From Chiloscyllium plagiosum (lineage: Eukaryota), in the NCBI RefSeq assembly GCF_004010195.1, contig NC_057733.1:22460163-22524162 (forward strand): 64,000 nucleotides of DNA. Reading direction: 5' to 3'. The notes under the pieces were generated by a model. The model was not told where the DNA came from. It was given only the letters and a program-made list of their open reading frames with translations, and did no database searches. Within the stretch, counting starts at the first letter, position 1. Each line of letters begins with the position of its first letter. The position numbers and the translations under genes are program-made. This document shows positions 23,645 through 36,376 of this stretch, one piece after another.

Positions 23645-23861
23645 GGAGAAAGTGAGGACTTGCAGATGCTGGAGATCAGAGCTGAAAATGTGTTGCTGGA
23701 AAAGCGCAGCAGGTCAGGCAGCATCCAAGGAGCAGGAGAATCGACGTTTCGGGCATAAGCCCTTCTTGATTCCTGAAGAAGGGCTTATGCCCGAAACGTC
23801 GATTCTCCTGTTCCCTGGATGCTGCCTGACCTGCTGCGCTTTTCCAGCAACACATTTTCAG
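23645..23861. mobile_element. Young fold-back Penelope-derived element in TRIM intron 1
   Basis: 88-bp arms (23680-23767/23776-23863) with 2 differences, and a perfect 14-bp TSD ctaaagtcaaataa (23631-23644/23862-23875). Confidence 0.9.
23770..23803 (+). ncRNA. Minimal hammerhead ribozyme motif
   Basis: CUGAAGA A GGGC uuau GCCC GAAAC GUC/ga. Core intact, palindromic ACGU, but only 2 bp of proximal stem I. Confidence 0.7.
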
Positions 23862-24849
23862 CTAAAGTCAAATAAAACTATTGTAATATTAGAGAAGGCC
23901 ATTTAGTTCTTTGTGGCAGTTCCAGTGTTTAATTAGATAATTGTTGATCAGTACCTCTTATCAATTTTTCTTTCCTAATACTACAACAGCTTTTTGCAGA
24001 AACACTCATTTATTTCTACTATCTTTTATATGAAGAAGTACTCAGTGACATCATTCCCAATGGCTTAGCTCTAATTTGAAATTTAGAGCTGGACTTCCCC
24101 ACTGAAGGAAAGCATTTGTTTATATCTATCATCTTAATCCTTGTAATCATTTTTAACAATTTAATTGTATCTCACTTTATTCTTTACAGTCAAGGCAAAC
24201 ATAGTTACTCCATGCAACCTGTCATCATAATTTAACCCTTTTCCCTCTATATCATTCTGTTGAATCGGGGTGCACCATCTGCCTCAGCTATGGTACCAGT
24301 TGTACAGTTACTCCAGATGGAATCAAACCAGAGTTTTGTGCAAAGGTTATTTCAGTTATTTTGTATTCCATTCCATTGCAATAAAATTTAGCATTCAATT
24401 AACCTCCTAAATCATTTTTTGACCACTAGCTTTTGGTCATTTTTGTACTTGGATCCCTAAATCTCTCTGCTCCTCCACCATTCCTAACTCTGTCACCACT
24501 TAGAAACACTCTGATCTTTCTCCTTAGATCCACAGTGGATCACCTCACACTTGCAGTGAATGCCTTCGCCAACATTGTACCCACTCACTGAATTTAACGG
24601 TGTCTGCTACTTTCAGATCTCATCTCCACTATTTACAATGTTGCCCAAATTAGTGTAATCAGTAAATTTGGATATAGGAGTTCTCTATTCCTTCATTTAA
24701 GTAATTTATCAAAACCGTGGATAGCAATTACTAGCCACATTCTGCCATTTGAGTATATACCTTTTATCCTCAATCTCTATCTCCCACCACCCATCAAATT
24801 TGTATGCCAGTATTGCTTCCAATTCCTCTCACTTTTTTTACATATGTGT

Positions 24850-26240
24850 TAGGAGCAGCAGTAGACCCTTGGATCAATTCTTGCCATTTAATAAGCTGGT
24901 CTGATTATAACCTTAACTCCACAGTCCCTAACTCTAACTACCAATAACCTTTCACCTGCTGAGTGTCAAGAGTCTATCCACCTCTGCCTTTAAAAATATT
25001 CAAATAGCTCCACCATATTTTGAGAATGAGTGTTCCAAATATGCCCAATCTTCTGAGGTAAAAGAATTCTCCTCATCCCTGCCTTAAATGGTGACTCCTA
25101 ATGCTCCCACAAGAGGAAATATTCCTTCTACATATACCCTGTCAAGATTCCTCAGGATGTTTTATATTTCACGGAAACGTAGAAAATCGGAGCCGAGGTA
25201 GACCCTTTGGTCCTGCATTATTACTCTCGCATTCAATTTGATCACGACTGATCATCCACCTCACTGCCCTGTTCCTGCTATCTCCCCATATCCTTTGATC
25301 CCTTTAGCCCTAAGAATCATATCTAACTCCTTGAAAATATTCAGTGTTTTGGCCTCAACTGCTTTTTGTAGTGGAGAATTCGACAAGCTCGGCACTCTTT
25401 GGACAAAGAAATTTATCTTCATCTCAGTCCTAAATGACCTACCCTATATCCTTGAACTGTGACCCTCTGGTTCTGGACTCCCAATTCATCGGCATCCTCT
25501 TTCCTGCATTTACCCTGCCTAGTCATGTTAGAATTTTAAAGGTTTCTAAAAGATCCCTTGATTCTTATAAACTCCTGTGAATATAGTCCTAACCATTAAT
25601 TTCTCTCTTGATATGTCCATCATGCCATACCAGGAAGCATCTGGTAAACCTTTGTGGCATTCCCTCCATCACCGAAACATCCATCCTATGATAAGGAGAC
25701 CAAAATTGCACATGGTACTCCAAGTGTGGGTCTCACCATGTCCTTGTACAATTGCAGCAAAACATCCCTATTCCTGTAATCAAATCCTCTTCTATGATGG
25801 GCAGACACCATTTGCCGTCTTCACTACCTGCTGCATCTGCAAGCTTACTTTCAGCAACTGGTTTACAAGGACACCCAGGTCTCATTGCACTTCTACATTT
25901 CCCAATCTATCACAATTCAAATAATAATGTGCCTTCTTGTTTTTGCTACCAAAGTAGATAACCTCATGTTTATTCACGTTATACATCATCTGCCATGCAT
26001 TTGCCCACTCACTCAACTTGTCCAAATGACAATGATGTGTCTCTGCATCTACCTTACAGCTCACCCTCCCATTCGGCTGTGTCATCTGCAAACTTTGAGA
26101 TATCACATTTAATTCTCTCATGTAATACATTAGTATATATTGCAAATAGCTGGTGTCCCAAGCACTGATTCCTATGAAATCCCACTGGTCTCTGGCTGCC
26201 ACTTGGAAAAAGACCTGTTTTCTGTCTACCAACCAGTTTG
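24850..26240 (-). mobile_element. CR1-type LINE RT/3' fragments
   Basis: Minus-strand LDKLSEWANAWQMMYNVNK..VIYFGSKN. Confidence 0.8.
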
Positions 26241-27371
26241 AATCTTCTATAGTGGATACAAGCCTAGTGTGTCCAGTCTTTCCTCAGAAGACAACCAAGT
26301 AAGGACAGCAGTTTCCTTCCCCAGGATTTGGAACCAGGACCCCAGAACATTCTGTTGATAATACCACTATGCTATTGCTTCCCTTTTGGCTTGATATATT
26401 ATGTTTTATTTTTATTTAACAAGATGGTCATCTAAACAAAAACACACAATGATTCAGATTTGTTTTTAACAATTAAACAGAAGTTTAGTTTACAAAATAA
26501 ATGTAAACAAAATAGAATGTCATAATTTGAAAGATCTGAAAACACATAGTAAAAATACAATCCTGTTGAATCCAACTCCACTGTGCAGTACTTGAATATC
26601 AGAGAATTACTTCCTATCACTATCACGTCTATAGGTTTGACTTAACTGTTCCTTTCAATCCCTGGATCTTTTCCTTGATTAGTCACACAACGTAGCTTAT
26701 ATTTTGTCAGCTTAAAGTAACCCCGTCCAGGTTTTAAGCAAAACACTTTTGGTCTGGAGCTTTCAACTAAACTCTTGACACTGAGGCAACCTATATTCTA
26801 ATTTTTCTGTCTGAGCTTCTTTCTTGAGGAGAAACTGTTTCATACATCTAACTTCAAGTAGGACCTCTGAATGGATACTAAAAGCTTTAAAAGTTATGGA
26901 TTTTTCCTCTTAGCAAAACAAATCCTGATTCTTTTAACTGAAAGCAAGCTAATACTCTTAAATGTTTACTCTGTCTGCATGTTAAACTCGAAGTCCAAAC
27001 AAATTCTAATTATCAACCCAGGAACACTCTCTCTGACATACTGATTGAAAAAAACTTCATGACTCCAGAGAGCCTAACAAGTTAATCATTAAATCTCTTC
27101 ATACACGCCAAAACCCGCACATCACTAGTTCAAAATCCAAACTCTAAAATAAATTATATTAAAATAGACATAAATCATACATCTTACATTATATGAGGAG
27201 GCAGTTATTTTGTGGTAATGTCATTGGCCTTGTTAAACTGCCTACAGTATCCAAGGATGTGCAGGCTAAGCAGGTTAGCCATGAGAAATGCAGGGTTACA
27301 GGGATAGAGTAGGATGTTCTTCAGAAGGTCAGTGTAGACCCAATGGGCTGAATGGGCGGCACGGTGGTAGT

Positions 27372-27686
27372 GGGCGGCACGGTGGCACAGTGGTTAGCAC
27401 TGCTGCCTCACAGCGCCAGAGACCCGCGTTCAATTCCCGACTCAGGCGACTGACTGTGTGGAGTTTGCACATTCTCCCCGTGTCTGCATGGGTTTCCTCC
27501 GGGTGCTCCGGTTTCCTCCCACAGTCCAAAGATGTGCAGGTCAGGTGAATCGGCCATGCTAAATTGCCCGTAGTGTTAGGTAAAGGGGTAAATGTATGGG
27601 AATGGGTGGGTTACGCTTCGGCGGGTCGGTGTGGACTTGTTGGGCCGAAGGGCCTGTTTCCACACTGTAAGTAATCTAATCTAATC
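27372..27686 (+). mobile_element. Full-length young HE1-like tRNA-derived V-SINE
   Basis: Pol III A box (tggcacagtgg) and B box (gttcaattccc), V-domain gtgggtttcctccgggtgctccggtttcctcccaca-like, (TCTAA)n tail, CpGs retained. Confidence 0.92.
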
Positions 27687-28262
27687 ACACTCTAGATTCT
27701 ATGATTCCAAGAAAATCCAGCTTTGGTAGATATTTACATTTTAATTCAATTAAAATCTAGAATAAGGAACTGGCCTATTGGTGACATGTAACCACTGTTG
27801 ATTGCCTTAAAAAAATAATCTTGTTCACTATGTTTAGGGAAGGAAATATGCTGCCTGGCCTGCTGTGTTTTTCCAGCACCACACTTTTCAAATCTGCTGT
27901 CCTTACCTGTTCTGGCCTACATGTGACTCCAGAGCCACAGCAATGTGGTTTACTGTTAGCTTCCCACTGGGCAATTATGGATAGGTCATAAATGCTGTCC
28001 TAGCGAGCAATGTCACATCCTGTGAACAAATTAAAAAGAAAACTCTCTTTTTATACTTCTAGCTAGCTTTCTCTCATACTTCAATTTTACTTTCCTTACG
28101 TATCTTTTAGACATTCTTTGCTTGTTTTATGGTTTGTCCAATCTTCTGACCTGCCACCTATTTTTGCACAATTATATGATTTTTCTTTAAATTTGATATT
28201 ATCTTTAACACTTTTTTTAGGAATGCCAGATGCAGAGCTTAGAATGTTTTCTGGAAGTGCAC

Positions 28263-28495
28263 ACTGACTGTGTGGAATTTGCACATTCTCCCCGTGTCTG
28301 CGTGGGTTTCCTCCGGGTGCTCCAGTTTCCTCCCACAGTCCAAAGATGTGCAGGTCAGGTGAATTGGCCATGCTAAATTGCCCGTAGTGTTAGGTAAGGG
28401 GTAAATGTAGGGGTATGGGTGGGTTGCACTTCGGGGCGGTGTGGACTTGTTGGGCCGAAGGGCCTGTTTCCACACTGTAAGTAATCTAATCTAAT
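28263..28495 (+). mobile_element. HE1-like V-SINE, 5'-truncated
   Basis: Near-identical to 27450-27686. Confidence 0.9.
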
Positions 28496-29699
28496 AAATA
28501 TCCATGGATATTCTCAGATATACCATGCCAATGACTTCTGCAAAGAAATCAGTAAATCAATTATACATGATCTATCTTTCACAAATCCATCCCAGCTTGC
28601 TCTGATTTTGTGAAAGTTCTTATTCACTCAGTAACTAGATTCTAACAACTTCGCTAGAACAGATATTACACTAATAGATCGCTAACTCCTAAGTTCATCC
28701 TCACTGGAAGTTTAATATGTAGATATCGAGTGATGTCAATCCAATGATAGGCTATGATTCTGGCCATGAAGCAACTGTCACCAATAATACACTGTCAGGA
28801 ATGCCTCATATATGAAGATTGTCCTCTTGGATGAGAATGCATGATGTCTTGGTGCCTACACCTAACTATCAACTGGTGCCATCAGTAGAGAAGATAATAT
28901 AAGAGGACATTGTGAAGGACAAGAATCTTGTAGAATTGAATATAGAATGATTATAATCTTAATCCTAGTTTGGTATTGTCTGGTTCTCAACCCTTCCACC
29001 AATGATAACTATTTCTCCCCATTTACTCTGTCCCCTCTAATTTTGGACACCTCCATTCATTATCTTCTCAAACTTTGTTTTCTAAAGAGAAAAGACACAG
29101 CTTTCCAATCTATCCTCATAACTGAAATCTCTCACCTGTTGGAATTATTCTTGTACATCTTTTTTGCAATTCCTCCAATTACTTCTTATCCTTAAGGTCT
29201 GGTGCCTAGAACCGGACACAATCCTCCACATGAGGATGAACCAGTTCTGTAAAAGTTCATTATAACGTACTTGCTTTAGTACCCTATGATCCTATTTACA
29301 AAGTTCAGGATTACAATGCCTTATAAGGTCAGTTTTTCACTTTAGTCCGTCACATTTCTTCCTTCAGGGAAGGGAGCTGGCTTCTGGTTGAAAGAATATT
29401 TAAATTTTGTGAGTGGTTGGACTTGAGAATGTTTGAATATTATAGCAGTTAGTGGGACCATACACAGAGACATCAGTGGGACCATCGATGGGAACATTTC
29501 TAGGATGAGCGACAAGGACAACTGAGAGTCAGTTGGATGCCGTGGTGAGGAATTTATGTAATATATTTTGACAGGAGAAAAAAAATTCTCATTGTATCTA
29601 TGTTATGACAGAACAGCAACAAGTTTGTAAGCAGCCTTTGTAAGATGCCTTCTTCCTATATCCCCTCACTACCCAGTAACTTACCATACAATGATGGGT

Positions 29700-31438
29700 C
29701 AGCCATTCTTACCTCTGAGTCACAAAATTCTGTGTTCAAGTACTACTCCAGGACTTGAAACAAAAATCAAGATTGGCATCCAATGCAATATTGAGGAAAT
29801 GCTGCTCAATCAAAAGTGCTGTCTTTCAGATGAGATGAGAAAATTGAAAACATACCTGCCTTGGGTGAATGTAGTTGAGAGTGTGGTGCTAGAAAAGCAC
29901 AGCACGTCAGGCAACATCTGAGGAGCAGGAAAATCAACGTTTCGGACAAAAGCCCTTAATCAGGAATGAGGCTGGGCGCCTCAGGGGTGGAGCAATAAAT
30001 GGGAGGGGGTTGGGGCTGGTGGGAAGGTAGCTGAGAGTGCAATAGGTGGATGGAGTTGGGGTAATGGTGTTGGGTCAGAGGGAGGGTGGAGCAGATAAGT
30101 GGGAAGGAAGATGGACAGGTCATGAGGGCAGTGCTGAGCTGGAACGTTGGAACTGGGATAAGGTGGGGGAAGTGGAAGTGAGGAAACTGGTGAAATCCAC
30201 ACTGATGCCATGGGGTTGGAGGTTCCCGGGGCGGAAAATGAGGCGTTCTTCCTTCAGGCGTCGGGGTGGGTAGGGAGTGGCGATGGAGGAGGCCCAGGAA
30301 CTGCATGTCCTCGGCAGAGTGGGAGGTGGAGTTCAAGTATTTGGCCATAGGGCGGTGAGGTTGGTTGGTGCGGGTGTCCCGTAGATGTTCTCTGAAACAC
30401 TCTGCGAGTAGGCGTCTGTCTCCCCAATGTAGAGGAGACCGCATCGGGAGTAACGGATACAGTAAATGACATGTGGAAGTGCAGGTGAAACTTTGATGGA
30501 TGTGGAATGCTCCTTTGGTGTCTTGGATTGACGTAAGGTGGGAGGTGTGGGTGCAGGTTTTGCAATTTCTGTGGTGGCAGGGAAAGGTGCCAGGAGGGGA
30601 GGGTGGGTTGTTGGGGATGTCGATCTGACGAGGCAGTCGCAGTGGGAACAGTCTTTATGGAAAGCAGATAGGGGTGGGGACCATTTGTAGGTGGCGGAAA
30701 TGGCAGGGGATGATGCGATGTATACGGAGGTTGGTGGGATGGAAGGTAAGGACCGGAGGGTTCTGCCCTTGTTGCATTTGGAGGGGTGGGGTTCAAGGGT
30801 GGAGGTACAGAAGATGGATGAGATGCATTCACCAATTTCCTCATTTCCCCTTCCCTCATCTCTTCCCTGTTCCAACTTCCAGCTCAGCACTGCCCTCATG
30901 CCCTGTTCTACTTGTCCATCTTCCTTCCCACCTATCCGCTCCACCCTCCCCTCCGACCTATCACCATTACCTCAGCTCTATCCACTTATCGCACTATCAG
31001 ATACCTTCCCACATCCCCAGCCCGCTCCCATTTATCTCTTCAACCCCCGAGGCTCCCAGCTCCATTCCTGATAAAGGGCTTTTGCCCGAAACGTCGATTT
31101 TCGTGCTCTTCGGATGCTGCCTGACCTGCTGTGCTTTTCCAGCACCACACTCACGACTCTACTTTCCAGCATCTGCAGTCCTCACTTTCGCCTTGGGTGA
31201 ACGTTGAAGGTTCCATGCTAATACTGTAAATAAGAGCAGGAGAGTTATCCCTGGTATCCTGGTCAATATTTATTTATTCCTCAATCAGATTATTTGGTCA
31301 TGTTGCTGTTTGTGGGAGTTTGCCATATGTAAATTGGCTGCAGCTTTTCCTATATGAAATCCATGCAAAGTAATTTATTGGCTGTAAACTATTTTGAGAT
31401 ATTGGTATTTGTGAGAAGTAAATATAAATGCAAATCTT
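29700..31438 (+). mobile_element. Deu-domain SINE (SacSINE1/AmnSINE1-like) split by the Penelope insertion (29700-29872 and 31190-31438)
   Basis: gagcaggagagttatccctgg...aatatttat...cagattat..gtttgtgggag...aaattggctgc...ataaatgcaa. Confidence 0.7.
29873..31189 (-). mobile_element. Penelope-like retroelement remnant with GIY-YIG endonuclease fragment and inverted terminal repeats
   Basis: Minus-strand HVIYCIRYSRCGLLYIGET. About 320-bp inverted arms (29878-30195/30828-31153) and a 15-bp TSD gccttgggtgaaYgt (29858-29872/31190-31204). Confidence 0.9.
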
Positions 31439-31681
31439 GCATAATAATAGTTCCTATTAGCAATGTTAAAGCTATGTAGCATGCCTGTAGGCATGTGACA
31501 GAGGTAGAAAACATTTGTATAAATGATTTCCATCAAAATATTAATCAGTATTGCAATATGAACTGATTTACGTTTCAAGGCAGATCTTGGAATTGGGTTC
31601 GTGGGATGGGAACAGGATCGAATTCTTTTTTTTTGGTTCTTGTTAAAAAATTCACTATTAACACACCTTTCTACTTTCAAG

Positions 31682-31777
31682 GAAAAGCTTTTCCAAAAAG
31701 GACATGAAGCAGAAGCAAAGATAAAGAAAACTCTAATCGAGATCAGACTTCTGCAGCAAAATGTAGACTCAATCATA
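31682..31777 (+). CDS. TRIM exon 2 (coiled coil, 96 nt)
   Basis: Canonical 96-nt TRIM exon EKLFQ...VDSII, aag acceptor and gtgagt donor, phase 0-0. Confidence 0.9.
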
Positions 31778-31863
31778 GTGAGTATATCCTTGAGATTTGA
31801 AGTACATCTGTTGACTGTGGTACATGCGGTCAGTCACTGGCCCTGTGTTTTACTCTTTGTTAG

Positions 31864-32097
31864 AGCTCTTCACTTAAAGTGGGATGTGAAATTAGAGGCA
31901 CATTCTCTGCAATGACTGAAGCCGTTGAGGAAGCCACTGAACAAGTGACTGGATTAGTCGAGAACACAGTGCAAGCAGCACTGAGCCAGGCTGACAGTAT
32001 CCGGAGTCAACTGGAACAGAAATGTGAGGAACTGAGAGAGGAGGAGCAGCAGCTGAAAACCTTGTCAAAGAGCAGTGATCATGTGATGTTGGTGCAG
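31864..32097 (+). CDS. TRIM exon 3 (coiled coil, 234 nt)
   Basis: SSSLKVGCEIRGTF...DHVMLVQ, typical 231/234-nt TRIM exon after an 86-nt intron, phase 0-0. Confidence 0.9.
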
Positions 32098-32354
32098 GTA
32101 CTAAATATACTGATTCCATTCCTACTCATTTATCCACCCAATAATTACATGTGCTGATTCAGATCTTACAGATTAAACCTGATTGCAGCTTTGTGACAAA
32201 GATCAATGTCTATGCACCCAATACAAGAGATAAAGACTGAGAGATAAACTTATTGCTGGCTCAGACAGTTTATTCCAATTTGCTTAAATCATACAGAGCT
32301 GGGCACGCATATTTTAATCACTGCTCTACACTGTGTCAGCTAACAGCATATTTT

Positions 32355-33740
32355 TTTAAAAATTCATTCACTGAATGTGGGCATCTGGCGAGGTCAGCAA
32401 TTATTACCCATTTCTAACTGACCTTAAGAAAGGTGGTGTTGAGATGGCTTCTTAAACCTCTGCAGTCCATGTGGTGTGTGTATACCCAGAATGCTGTTAA
32501 GAAGGGAGTTCCAGGATTTTGGCCCATTGACAGTAAACGAACAGCAATAAAGTTCCAGGTCAGGTTGGTATGTGGCTTGGAGGGGAACTATCAGATGCTC
32601 CTATATACCTTCTGCCTTTGTCCTTCTAGGTGGTAGTAATCACAGGTCTAGAAGGTAGTGTCAAAGAAGCTTTGGTTGGTTTCTGCAGTGGCTCTTGTAG
32701 ATGGTTTATCCTGCTACCACTATGCTTGATATTCATGGGACTGAATGATGATGGCTTTGGATTCACTGCTAATCAGTGGGTTGCTTTGACCTGGATGGTA
32801 CTGAGTTTTTTGAGTACTGTTGGAACCAGGCATGTAGAGACTATTGTATCACATTGCTGACTTATGCCTTGCAGATGGTGGACAGACTTTGAGGAGTCAA
32901 GAGGTGAGTTACTCACCATAGAGATCACAGTCTCAGACCTGACTTTGTGGCCACAAAACTAATGATAGATCCAGTTCTGTTTCTGGTCAATGGTAACCTT
33001 CAGAATGTTCATAGTGAGGAATTCAGTTATAGTAATACCATTAAGTGTTAAGTTGAGATGGTTGGATTCTCCCTTTTGGGGATGGTCATTGTCTGACACC
33101 TGTGTGATATAAACGTTATGTGACAGTTATCAACCTAACTATGAATGTAGTCCAAGTCTTGCTATATTTGGATATAGACTCTTTCAAAACTAAATAGTCA
33201 TGAACAGTATTGAAAATGTGCAATCAGTGAACAACCCCACTTCTGACATTATGATGGAGGTATAGGCATTAATGAAACAGTTGTCGGACACTACTCTGAA
33301 GAATTCCTGTTGTCCTCTGGCTGAGATGACTGACTTTGAGAAGCCACAACCATCTTACTTTGTGTTAAGTATGATTCCACTTAGTGGAGTGCTTTCCCTC
33401 TCTTTTCCATTAACTCAATTATTGATGCCATACTTGGTCAAATTCCTGCCTTGGTTTCATGTGCAGTCATCTCACTTGTACTCTTGCATTCAGCTCTTAT
33501 TCCATATTTTGGACAAAGGCTGTAATGAGGTCAGGAGTTAAGTGGGCCTCAGACAACCCTCACTTAGTTAATTAACTTAATTGAGCAAGTCATTGTTGAG
33601 TATACGCCACTTGATAACACTGTTGACAATCCCTTCCATCGTGTTGCTGATGAATAGGCTGTTTGGTTTGAATTGTCCTGCATTTTCTGGATAGAATTCA
33701 CTTGTGCAATTTTTCACATTGCTGAGTCGATGCCAAGTGA
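32355..33740 (-). mobile_element. Degraded L2/CR1-group LINE
   Basis: Same repeat family as 42080-42750 and 58760-61060. Confidence 0.6.
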
Positions 33741-34163
33741 GTAGCAGTAAGAGTCTTTAATAATCTAAAGTGTGTCCGATCAGAAAGAAGGAAAGCCATG
33801 TTTCATCACTAGATCCCATCCAGATGTGTTTGAATTAGAGGCAAGGTGAAGGACAGGGGTATTATGACCTGTCTGAAAATTTTGATGCAATCAATTAAAC
33901 CATATTCCCCCAAAACCCATCCTCCATTGTCTAGTTCTGTTGCCCTCATTTGGTTTCACTCTTACCTGATCAGTTGTAAGTACAGGATAGGTTTTTGAGG
34001 TGGGAGTGTCCCTATCTCTGATCCAGGAGACTCCGGTAACATCTTTGAACAGGATGATTTGAAAAGATATGTAGGTATAGGATTTGCAGCAATGAATTTC
34101 TGACTATGTACCACTAATCTTTGTCGATCCCTCAAGGATTTAACATTAGTCCTCATGTATTTT

Positions 34164-35596
34164 TTTTTCCATTTCTTTTTTTTAATAGATATTTTTATTA
34201 GAAATTTAACATTTTTACAAGTTTACAAAAATAAACAAAACTCTCAGATATAAACATTGATATACAATTAGCTCAAATATACAATAGCCAAAATTTGACA
34301 AAAAAAACAACAACAAAAAACCGAAAAGAAAAAAAAACAAACAAACAAAACTCAACTATCTACTAATCTAACCTACAACTAACCAGGGTATATATTTAAG
34401 TCTCTTACATGCTCGGGATGTGTTAGCATCAGATATAATAAAACCCGTATTCGTGCGGGATTCCTCCCCCGAGGGGCCGCGGACCAGCCAGGTTTGTAAT
34501 CTCAATTAAATAAAAGCCCTTGTTGTATGTGTCCAGGGAGGGAAAGTTCGAAAAGCCCAATAGGAGAGATATGGGGTCCACTTTTATTTCCGTTCCTAAA
34601 ATTTCTGTCAGGGTGCTTGCTACTTTAGTCCAATATCTACGGATTTTATGACAGGTCCATAAGCAATGTACAAGAGTGCCCATCTCTATTTTGCATTTAG
34701 GACACATTGGAGATGCTCCTGCCTTAAATTTTGCCAGTCGAACCGGTGCTATATGGGCCCTATGAAGTATCTTCAGCTGGATAGCCTGGGTTCTAGCATT
34801 TTCCCAGATATCATTCCACGTTTCTGTGGAGATTTCTAGTCCCAGATCTTGATCCCATGTTTTAAGCAGATTATCCATATCTCTCGATACTTCATCATGT
34901 AGCAAATGATAAATATTACTGACGGAAGATACCCCCACTGGTCGTAGGACACTACATTCTCTATTGGATTTATAAAGACTATCTAATAACGTAGTCTTCT
35001 TCTGTATATAATCTTGAATTTGGAAGTATCGAAAGAGGTCTCCATTGGGTAATCCGAATTTCTGACGCGGCTGTTCGAAAGACATCAGGACCCCATCTTT
35101 AAATAAATCCCCGAGACATGAGATACCCCTGGCTCTCCAGAGTTTAAAAGTGGCATCTGTTAGCCCCGGTTGGAATCCTCATGCTCCCACTATCGGTGCA
35201 TAGGGGGATGTTTTATGTGAATTACCCTCATTTTGCCGCATTATATTCCAAGCCTTGATTGTGTTTAGTATTATAGGGTTTTTACAGTGATCTGTAATGA
35301 TTTTCCTCTTGTCTGAGAATAAAAGGTTAATAAGTGGGTATTTTACTTGAGAGGCCTCGATGTCCAACCAGATTGATTGTGGATCAGACAAGACCCAATC
35401 AGCTATGTAACTTAATAGGGAACTTAACTGATATTTCCTAAAGTCTGGGAAATCCAATCCACCCCTTGCCTGTGGAAGCTGTAGCTTCTTCAGCTTAATG
35501 AGGGGCCGCCTATGATTCCAGATAAAGGAACTCAGCCAGCCATATAATTTACATAAAGCCGTCCTCGGCATCATCACCGGAAGCATTCTCATAAGG
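34164..35596 (-). mobile_element. 5'-truncated L1-clade LINE (ORF2 C-terminus)
   Basis: GGLDFPDF, CCHC-type CPKC...HCLWTC and an A-rich tail. 16-bp TSD agtcctcRtgtatttt (34148-34163/35597-35612) at a TT/AAAA site, with one nonsense codon at 35179-35181. Confidence 0.9.
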
Positions 35597-36207
35597 AGTC
35601 CTCGTGTATTTTAATGTGTCCATCCTTCCTCTTGTCCATTTCCTCCACACATAATGGTTCAGCTTCTACATGTGTACAGACAACACTCAGGTCTACATGC
35701 CACCTCTTGATCCCACCTTTGCCTATTCAAAATCCACTTGAGCCACAATGTCTTCCAGTTCAATATTGGGTAGACTGAAGCCATTATCTTTACCCCCTCC
35801 CATTGATTTCATCCCCTTCAAGAAGCTGCCTCAAACTGAAACAGACAGTTCACAAACTAGGCAGCCTATTTGACCCTTGGCTTGAGCTTCTAAGTCCGTA
35901 TTTTTTTCTGTCATCAAGATCATTTACTTCCACCTCTGTAATAACGCTCATCTCCTAGCTAGCTTTTCATCCTTAACACATCCAAAACTCTACTGCCCAT
36001 ATTTTAACTTGCAATGATTCCCATTCACCTGTCACCATTATGCTCACTAACCTATGGGGAATGGGGATATGACTGTTGGACATGAAGAGTGATGATTGTC
36101 TTTTGGACAGTAGGACAGGGAAATGCTCTTGGAGACTGGGAAATATGGAACAGGAACTATATCTCTATGATATTTTCAAGGTTCTGTTCTACTTTATGTC
36201 CTATCAG

Positions 36208-36376
36208 GAATCTTTATCTTTGAATTCATCATCGCAGACGTGGGATATCCCAGTATTCAATTCCAATGTTGAAGCCAAGCTCACCTATGCCAGTAAAGTA
36301 GTAACTGACCTCTCAGCACTGGTTACGGGATATCTGAGAGCGGCTGTCAGGCAACTGAAAAGCAACAAAATAAGGG
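36208..36376 (+). CDS. TRIM exon 4 (linker)
   Basis: atcag acceptor and gttagt donor, open frame ESLSLNSS...KSNKIR, phase 0-1. Confidence 0.8.

Noticed and set aside
26400-27188. Possible second solo LTR (a similar candidate lies at about 46779-47154)
   Set aside because: TGT...ACA-like ends, but no clean target-site duplication could be verified.
27372-27445. tRNA-like sequence with A/B boxes
   Set aside because: It is the head of an HE1 SINE, not a tRNA gene.
29956-31207. Cluster of 70-200 aa ORFs on both strands
   Set aside because: Frames of a Penelope remnant and its inverted repeat, not host genes.
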